Virus record (IMG/VR): IMGVR_UViG_3300009703_004110
Location: 248,001-312,000 of that record
DNA: 64,000 nt
Strand: one strand, 5' to 3'
The stretch's first letter is position 1. Every line of letters begins with the position of its first letter. Both the position numbers and the translations under genes were made by a program. Below the pieces are notes generated by a model that saw only the letters and a program-made list of their open reading frames with translations, did no database searches and was not told the origin of the DNA. Below, in pieces: positions 58,421 through 64,000 of the stretch.

Positions 58421-58783
58421 TCAGTTCAAAAGTTCCTTCACACGTTCCAACGTCCAGTCCTTCCTTTCGGAATAACCTACGTGAGACTTAATGATGCTCA
58501 AAACCTCTTCCGCGTCAGGCGCCTCCTTGCAACTTGCTTCAATCTTACGATAAGCCATACCCCTAATGAGGCCATTGGCTACGTTAAGACTGCGAGCATA
58601 AGATGCCCGGTCAACACGAAGTGATGCTGCCGCATACGTAGTGTTGCCCCAATGCTTAGTCTCCTGAGAGTCTATCATCTTCTGCGCTGTTTGAAATAAA
58701 GTTCTGGCTCTTGCCTTCACCATACGGCGATGGTAAGCGGTTGACTTAAGTTCTGCTCTAAGTAGTTCACGATACATATTCAT
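58421..58783 (-). CDS. Basic helical hypothetical protein downstream of the amber-RGPP leader
   Basis: SD AAGGA; ARSLNVANGLIRGMAYRKIE. Confidence 0.75.
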   Translation of the reverse strand: MNMYRELLRAELKSTAYHRRMVKARARTLFQTAQKMIDSQETKHWGNTTYAAASLRVDRASYARSLNVANGLIRGMAYRKIEASCKEAPDAEEVLSIIKSHVGYSERKDWTLERVKELLN

Positions 58784-58799
58784 TTTGTTTTATCCTTTT

Positions 58800-58919
58800 T
58801 TAGTTTTTTTGAATTGCTGCCATCACAGCCGACTTTGTGTGGCACGATTTAAACGCTGTTATATCAACTCCAAAACTAAAAGGTGGACCTCTTGCATAAG
58901 TCTAACAATATTCTCGCAT
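58800..58919 (-). promoter_or_regulatory. Leader peptide MREYC-amber-TYARGPP (stop-readthrough/arrest attenuator)
   Basis: SD GGAG; TAG at 58904-58902; RGPP at 58892-58881; anti-SD pairing with 58794-58816. Confidence 0.75.
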
Positions 58920-58937
58920 AACTATCTCCATATTAAC

Positions 58938-58966
58938 AATATACCGAAGTGTACATTGTCGTTCAA
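58938..58966 (-). promoter_or_regulatory. Sigma70-type promoter
   Basis: TTGAAC-N17-TATATT with an AT-rich upstream element. Confidence 0.65.
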
Positions 58967-58984
58967 AAAAATTTAATTAGTTTC

Positions 58985-59752
58985 TTACAGAAACCTACTA
59001 ACGTACTCTCTATCTTCTTTAAAGAGAGGAATCTCCCAGTCGATAGTCCATCTATTACGTTTGGCTATCACAGTTTCTTTAGCCCCATGCTTCATAAAAG
59101 TCACAGGTTCTTCAAAGCTTTTACGAGTTACAGTAAATCCTTTTTGAAAATGACTTGGGACGTCTTCCCACGGAGTACCATTATTTCTCAACATTTCTTT
59201 CATCTGCAAAACAGTTCTACCATTACATTCTTTATGAGAAAAATAATGCCTTGCATACATTGAAACAGAATTGCGCAAAGCGTCTTGCTGTCTCCATACA
59301 AAAGCATTAACAACTTCATGCTCAGGAAGATTCCAGAACCTAGAATCAAATTTTGGTCTAGAGTCTGCAAGGCTTGGATCGCTCATAACTAATGCTGCAT
59401 AAAACTCAACTGCTACAGCAGAAGCAATAACGCTATTCATCTTTCTGGTTTTATAACCAAAATAAGGCTGAGTCTGCTCTGATTCAGTATCAGTTATTAG
59501 AAAGGATATTTCATCAGACTGGACGTAAGCCATCTTACAACCTTGGATTTCTTGGCACCCAACAATGGCACCTACAGCCATAGCCAAAACAAATTTTTCA
59601 TTCCAAGGAGAATTAGCTTCTTTCTTTAGACTCTTAGTAAATTTACTAAAATTCTTTCCATCTACTCGGCCAATAACAGGAACGCCACTAACTAGCTTAA
59701 AGTTAGTTTGCTTCTCGTAACCCTTCATCCTATTTTCTAATGTATCAAACAT
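58985..59752 (-). CDS. tRNA(His) guanylyltransferase Thg1-like protein
   Basis: RMK.YE, RVDGKNFSKFT, YVQSDEIS, FDSR, WRQQDA.RNS. Confidence 0.93.
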   Translation of the reverse strand: MFDTLENRMKGYEKQTNFKLVSGVPVIGRVDGKNFSKFTKSLKKEANSPWNEKFVLAMAVGAIVGCQEIQGCKMAYVQSDEISFLITDTESEQTQPYFGYKTRKMNSVIASAVAVEFYAALVMSDPSLADSRPKFDSRFWNLPEHEVVNAFVWRQQDALRNSVSMYARHYFSHKECNGRTVLQMKEMLRNNGTPWEDVPSHFQKGFTVTRKSFEEPVTFMKHGAKETVIAKRNRWTIDWEIPLFKEDREYVSRFL

Positions 59753-60182
59753 CGGGAGCCTCTCCGCTCTTAGTTATCTGCTCAGCTGCCGCAATACCCG
59801 CCAGCTTATCAACCACTTCGTTATATTCATTTCCAGCATGACCCTTAACCCATTTAATATCAAGGTTTGGACAGTTTTCTAATTTTTCTCTTATTGTTTT
59901 AACACGCTCGGTATTCTTCCTAGCAATCCAGTTCTTAGTAAAAAGTCCCACACAGTAACTTGAGTCGGTATATATAACGGCCTCTTCCCAATTCCTGCCT
60001 TCTCTTATTAGATAATCTATGGCATACTCTATTCCGCTCATTTCAGCAACATTATTTGTCTCGACTCCAATGTGGCCGGCACAATAGTGTATTACCTTAT
60101 CATCTTCTAAAACTATAACGCCATATCCTGCTGGACCTGGATTGGTTGGCTTGCATGAGCCATCCGTATATATTGAGATCAT
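59745..60182 (-). CDS. rnhA: Ribonuclease HI
   Basis: YTDGSC..NPGP, TNNVAE, TDSSY, WVKGHAG...NE.VD.LA. Confidence 0.94.
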   Translation of the reverse strand: MISIYTDGSCKPTNPGPAGYGVIVLEDDKVIHYCAGHIGVETNNVAEMSGIEYAIDYLIREGRNWEEAVIYTDSSYCVGLFTKNWIARKNTERVKTIREKLENCPNLDIKWVKGHAGNEYNEVVDKLAGIAAAEQITKSGEAPDV

Positions 60183-60202
60183 CTGTTATTAGACTCCTTA
60201 GG

Positions 60203-60814
60203 TTATGCTAGCTCCTCGTAAAGAGCCTCGTCATTTCTGCATCTTTTACGTAGTTCAGTATACCAAGCTTGATTCTTAACTTTGAACATTAAGACGCCAG
60301 GCTTCTTTGGATGCTTGGCTTTGCATACTACGCCTTCGAATGTCATCCCCGGTAACGTACCGTTTCTAACTTGCTCTAAGAACGTGGCATTCGGCTTACC
60401 TCTATAGAGCATAGGTGCTATATCTAAATGTCCAAACAGCTTTAAGAATTCTTTGGGCGGAACCATTCCGCTCTTAAATAGATTGGCATCAAACAAGACT
60501 ATTTGATGCTCTTCGGTATTGTCGTGCCATCCAAAAGATGAACTCTCTCCAAAGAATTCAAAGAACAATACGACTTTATCGAGCCGTTGTTTTCTCATGA
60601 TCTTGGAAACATCATCTTCGTACTTATTTCGGATAAGACCTATGGCTTCACCAAAGGTTTCGTCGTCTGCACCAAGCATTCTCTTGCGAGTGCCAAACTT
60701 ATAGAAGCCACGCTTCTTTGACCATTCGGCTCTGATGTTGGAACCATCTAATTTGTCAAAGGCATAAACATCAAGATTAGATATCTCGCCTGTTATTGAT
60801 GGATACTGTTTCAT
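60203..60814 (-). CDS. RNA-ligase-like nucleotidyltransferase
   Basis: KLDGSN, EFFG, LFD, EGVVCK, FKVK. Confidence 0.75.
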   Translation of the reverse strand: MKQYPSITGEISNLDVYAFDKLDGSNIRAEWSKKRGFYKFGTRKRMLGADDETFGEAIGLIRNKYEDDVSKIMRKQRLDKVVLFFEFFGESSSFGWHDNTEEHQIVLFDANLFKSGMVPPKEFLKLFGHLDIAPMLYRGKPNATFLEQVRNGTLPGMTFEGVVCKAKHPKKPGVLMFKVKNQAWYTELRKRCRNDEALYEELA

Positions 60815-60815
60815 T

Positions 60816-61106
60816 TTATTTCCAGATGATTACCCTGTTCTCTCTTGAGTCTATAACATAAGAAAAATAAACCGCGCCCTCTTTGGCAGGGTCTATTTTT
60901 TCATATACTTCTATAGCCGGACCAGTACTGTAATCAATAAAGTTTACTCTTTTAAGGTTGACAATACCTGCCTCATAAAACATATCACTATAATCGTATG
61001 CCTCTACCGGAACCAGCAAGAAGCCGTTCATAATTGTTCCAGCAACCTCTTGGTAGGCGCGCTCCTCGTTATCTTCATCTACATATTTTCTTGTATTCAT
61101 ATGCAA
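60816..61106 (-). CDS. Hypothetical protein
   Basis: ORF with SD. Confidence 0.55.
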   Translation of the reverse strand: MHMNTRKYVDEDNEERAYQEVAGTIMNGFLLVPVEAYDYSDMFYEAGIVNLKRVNFIDYSTGPAIEVYEKIDPAKEGAVYFSYVIDSRENRVIIWK

Positions 61107-61121
61107 CCTCAGCTTATTTTA

Positions 61122-61198
61122 TGGTAGCCCCATCAGGAGTCGAACCTGAAACCTTTCGCCTATCAAGCGACTGCTCTAGCCAATTGAGCTATGGAGCC
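61122..61198 (-). tRNA. tRNA-Ile(GAT)
   Basis: Loop TTGATAG, CCA. Confidence 0.88.
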
Positions 61199-61278
61199 AC
61201 ATTCATAATAAGTGGTCGTGTGGTTGCCCGCAGTCCCACACGACCTTACCCTAGGTCGTAACTTTACTTATTATGAAA

Positions 61279-61356
61279 TGGTAGGGGTAGTTGGATTTGA
61301 ACCAACGGCCTTTCGCTTATCAGGCGGCTGCTCCAACCAAACTGAGCTATACCCCT
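61279..61356 (-). tRNA. tRNA-Ile(GAT), weak anticodon stem
   Basis: Loop CTGATAA, CCA; only 3 bp in the anticodon stem. Confidence 0.75.
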
Positions 61357-61770
61357 AAATACTTTATTGCTTCACGCAATCTATCAACATCATCTTCAAA
61401 CATTCCAAGTCCAGTATTACAGTTGCTACAAAGCAGACCTCTTACTTTTCTAGTAGAATGGCAATGATCAACGTATGGTGTTCCTTTAAAAGTTACTTTA
61501 CAAATCCCACAAGAATTATTCTGAGCAGCTCTCATATCTTTAAAGTCTTCTAATGTAATACCATATTTATACTTCAACTGATATGACTTCTCAGTTGAAT
61601 ATTTATTTTCCTTCTTACTTTTTTGACGAGAAAGATTATAACACTGTGTCGTACAATATTTAGCCTTCCCTCGTCTAACCTTAATAGCTAAAGCAATGAA
61701 GTCTTGATTGCAACCCTGGCAAACTCTCTTAACCTTTTTTCCCGCCTCTACCTTTCGTATTATCTATCAT
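61347..61770 (-). CDS. Endonuclease VII-like homing endonuclease with one extra base near the start
   Basis: KYGIT...Q...CGIC...VDHCH...VRGLLC..CN.GLG; upstream CxxC frame continues to ATG 61770 after a shift. Confidence 0.85.
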
Positions 61771-61931
61771 AGTATCCCCTCTATGTATATAGTAATAGAT
61801 TTTGGACTAGTGCGACAAACCGTATTCGCCTACTCTCCAAATAGAAACCATGTAACCATTGTAATAAAAAATGCAGTGACTGGATCAATTCCCATACACA
61901 TAAATAAAAAGAAAAAGAAGAAAAATGACAC

Positions 61932-63116
61932 CTATACCTCACTTACAATATTCATTCCAAGAAAAGTCATGCCTAGTGCCAAGTCATCTAACATTGGCTG
62001 AAACAAAGCTTGTCCCTCTGGATTATTCTGAATTTTAACATCCATATAAAGTCCGTTAATTTTCTTTGCTAACTTAACCAGAGCCGTTAGTAAAGTCTTT
62101 GGATTAAGATCACTTTGTGATTTAATCAAAGCATAGATAAGCTCCGGAGACTTTAGCGCACCAGACTCTGGCTTTAGCCCGGCACTCTGTAAGCGTGCCA
62201 AAGTATAGCTCAAGTATAGGCCAGAAGATTGTTTCAGAGATTTAATCTGGTCCAAATCTAATTTCTTAGTACTCTTTGGTGAGCTATTCAAAATGAAGCC
62301 AACTAATACATTATACGCCAAATCAGGGTTTGGAAACTCGTCAATCAGTAGATCATAAACCTCTTGGGCCATGACGGTGTTGCCCTCCCTGCTTGACATC
62401 TTCTTCCCTTTAGCGATTACTAGTCCAAGCGGAACATGCGTAATTTCGCCCTCGGGAAATAGCTGTGCCAACTTCTTAAAGTGCGGGCCTTGCTCCGAAC
62501 CCGTTAGATATAACTTACTCTCACCATTCCAGGCTTGAGCTAGAGCGACGTCTTGCCAAAAATAGCTAGTACTTCCATCGCTTTTAATTCCAACAACATA
62601 CTCGTCGTCAGCTATAAAGCCTTTAGTACCTTCATACTTACCATTTCCGCTTACTAAAAGAGAATCGTCATTCAATATCATATCTGATGCAAAGAAGACT
62701 GCACCATTAATATAGTAGTCAGACCACTTAAGCCATTCTTCTAGTTTGCTTAGGGCGTCTTCTTTGGAAACATCACCATCTAATGTGTCCCCAAGGATGG
62801 CCACAAAGTCAAGGCCAATCCCCATGTTTTCAAATGCTTTGGCAATGACAAGGTTTGATAGGTGACCAATATGAAGGTGCTTATTTAGATTCGGACTAAA
62901 CCCATCAACTATCGAATAAGCCTTAGGCTCTACAAACAGATCGTGTAGACTTATACTCTCTGGAATATTAATGTTAGTAAACCTTCCAGACTTAACCAAA
63001 GTTAAGCTATGATAGTCTGCCCACTTACTGATCTCTTCTGATGGTTTGCCAAATACACATAAAGCAAAGTCCATCATCGGCGGCGTTGTAGCTACCTTTC
63101 CAATATCGATTTTCAT
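61932..63116 (-). CDS. argS: Compact arginyl-tRNA synthetase
   Basis: FSPNLNKHLHIGH, KSDG...Y...D, KMSSREG, YLSYT.ARL.S. Confidence 0.88.
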   Translation of the reverse strand: MKIDIGKVATTPPMMDFALCVFGKPSEEISKWADYHSLTLVKSGRFTNINIPESISLHDLFVEPKAYSIVDGFSPNLNKHLHIGHLSNLVIAKAFENMGIGLDFVAILGDTLDGDVSKEDALSKLEEWLKWSDYYINGAVFFASDMILNDDSLLVSGNGKYEGTKGFIADDEYVVGIKSDGSTSYFWQDVALAQAWNGESKLYLTGSEQGPHFKKLAQLFPEGEITHVPLGLVIAKGKKMSSREGNTVMAQEVYDLLIDEFPNPDLAYNVLVGFILNSSPKSTKKLDLDQIKSLKQSSGLYLSYTLARLQSAGLKPESGALKSPELIYALIKSQSDLNPKTLLTALVKLAKKINGLYMDVKIQNNPEGQALFQPMLDDLALGMTFLGMNIVSEV

Positions 63117-63138
63117 AACGACACCTTTGACATTTTAA

Positions 63139-63226
63139 TGGAGGAGGATAGAGGAATCGAACCCCGTGGCTTTTATACACACCCCAAGGGTTCAAGCCTT
63201 GTTTATCTCCGAGTGAGGTATCCTCC
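63139..63226 (-). tRNA. tRNA-Ser(TGA), 8/4 fold, U73
   Basis: GGAGGATA/TATCCTCC acceptor, CAAGG-CTTGAAC-CCTTG, long V arm. Confidence 0.8.
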
Positions 63227-63235
63227 GATTTTATC

Positions 63236-64000
63236 TTACCTGCGTCCGGGATCAAATCCTGGGACCAGCCTTAATGAGTTAGCAATCTCTGTTAGATTAT
63301 CTGGATCAACTTCTATTCCGTAAAAGCCATAATGAGTACCAAACTTTCCAATAGCTAGCTTAACTCCCGCTTCCGTCTTTGTTCCCCACCATCCGTCAAT
63401 ATCTCCGACGGGGATTCCCATTCTATTGCAATGAGACTGGACAGCTCTAACTCTATCACGCCTCTTAAAGTTTACGTCAAGTAACTCAGGCATTTCACAG
63501 TGCGCCTTCATTTCAATATACTTTCTAATGTATTCCCAATTAAATGCAGGACCCGGATCAGACTTTCTGTGAGGTGTAACATGTTCGTGGCCAATTACAT
63601 TCTCTGGAAGAATCTTATATTCCTTCATCCATTGCCATACCTGCCATGATACTGCTTCCATCTGAGGGTCCGGATATTTAGCCCAATACTTGTCATCCCA
63701 ATTACCCCTATGATCGGTAAACTTTGCGCACTCTTGTCTGGTAGCAACTCTGACTTTGCGGCTCCTGTAAGATTCGTCTCGATACCATTCGTCTGGACCC
63801 TGAAATACTTCTGGATCAGACTTTGATCTGTTACGATAAACACCGTGCGGAGAGGGTCCGTCCATCTTTCCATCGGCCCAGCCAAAGTTTACAACTTCTA
63901 TTCCGAAGCTATGATGGTTCATATTGGAGCGGCCACCCCATTGACCATAACCAGCGTGCCATCCTCTATCTCCATCCTTTAGATATCGATACAGTGTTCC
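63236..64000 (-). CDS. N-acetylmuramoyl-L-alanine amidase (endolysin) with a peptidoglycan-binding domain, 5' partial
   Basis: WHAG, SFGIEVVN, IGHEHV...RKSDPGPAF, DGWWG..T. Confidence 0.9.
   Translation of the reverse strand, partial: GTLYRYLKDGDRGWHAGYGQWGGRSNMNHHSFGIEVVNFGWADGKMDGPSPHGVYRNRSKSDPEVFQGPDEWYRDESYRSRKVRVATRQECAKFTDHRGNWDDKYWAKYPDPQMEAVSWQVWQWMKEYKILPENVIGHEHVTPHRKSDPGPAFNWEYIRKYIEMKAHCEMPELLDVNFKRRDRVRAVQSHCNRMGIPVGDIDGWWGTKTEAGVKLAIGKFGTHYGFYGIEVDPDNLTEIANSLRLVPGFDPGRR

Noticed and set aside
308-63885. Most plus-strand and nested ORFs in the track (e.g. 7417, 25676, 35433, 44385, 58313, 63138)
   Set aside because: They are antisense shadows of real genes or overlap tRNAs, and show no protein motifs.
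1-64000. Genome-wide TAG reassignment (code 15/16)
   Set aside because: Many conserved genes end at TAG at their expected C-termini, and long genes have no in-frame TAG.

Overview
A 64-kb segment of what is most likely a jumbo (huge) bacteriophage genome. It is gene-dense, almost entirely minus-strand, and contains many small hypothetical ORFs, homing-endonuclease genes and remnants, a tail-fibre-like protein and an amidase endolysin. It carries an unusually large translation kit: AsnRS, IleRS, LysRS, truncated GluRS and ArgRS, EF-Tu, IF-3, a domain-1-less RF1, peptide deformylase, two Pth2 proteins, Thg1, TrmH, a QueF-like protein, two RNA-ligase-like proteins and about 20 tRNAs. Metabolic genes include a full glyoxylate shunt (aceB-aceA), GSII and NAD salvage. 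TAG is used as a normal stop codon. The strongest novel candidate is an amber-readthrough-gated module at about 54.5-59 kb: a sigma70-type promoter drives a leader MREYC-amber-TYARGPP, whose Pro-Pro region base-pairs with the next gene's SD; downstream lie a Pth2-HD fusion gene interrupted by TAG at codon 5 and a tRNA with anticodon CUA. Other candidates are (i) a Ubl/E1 (ThiF) cluster in which three consecutive genes end in the identical GGC CGA TAA (Gly-Arg-stop), (ii) at least 11 unrelated small proteins sharing a C-terminal helical 'FNLDLF'-like tag, and (iii) several non-canonical tRNA-like RNAs (expanded, permuted/YrlA-like, 8/4-fold, long-arm Lys). Several single-base frameshifts fall in homopolymer runs and are probably sequencing errors. 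All calls come from reading motifs by eye; no searches were run.
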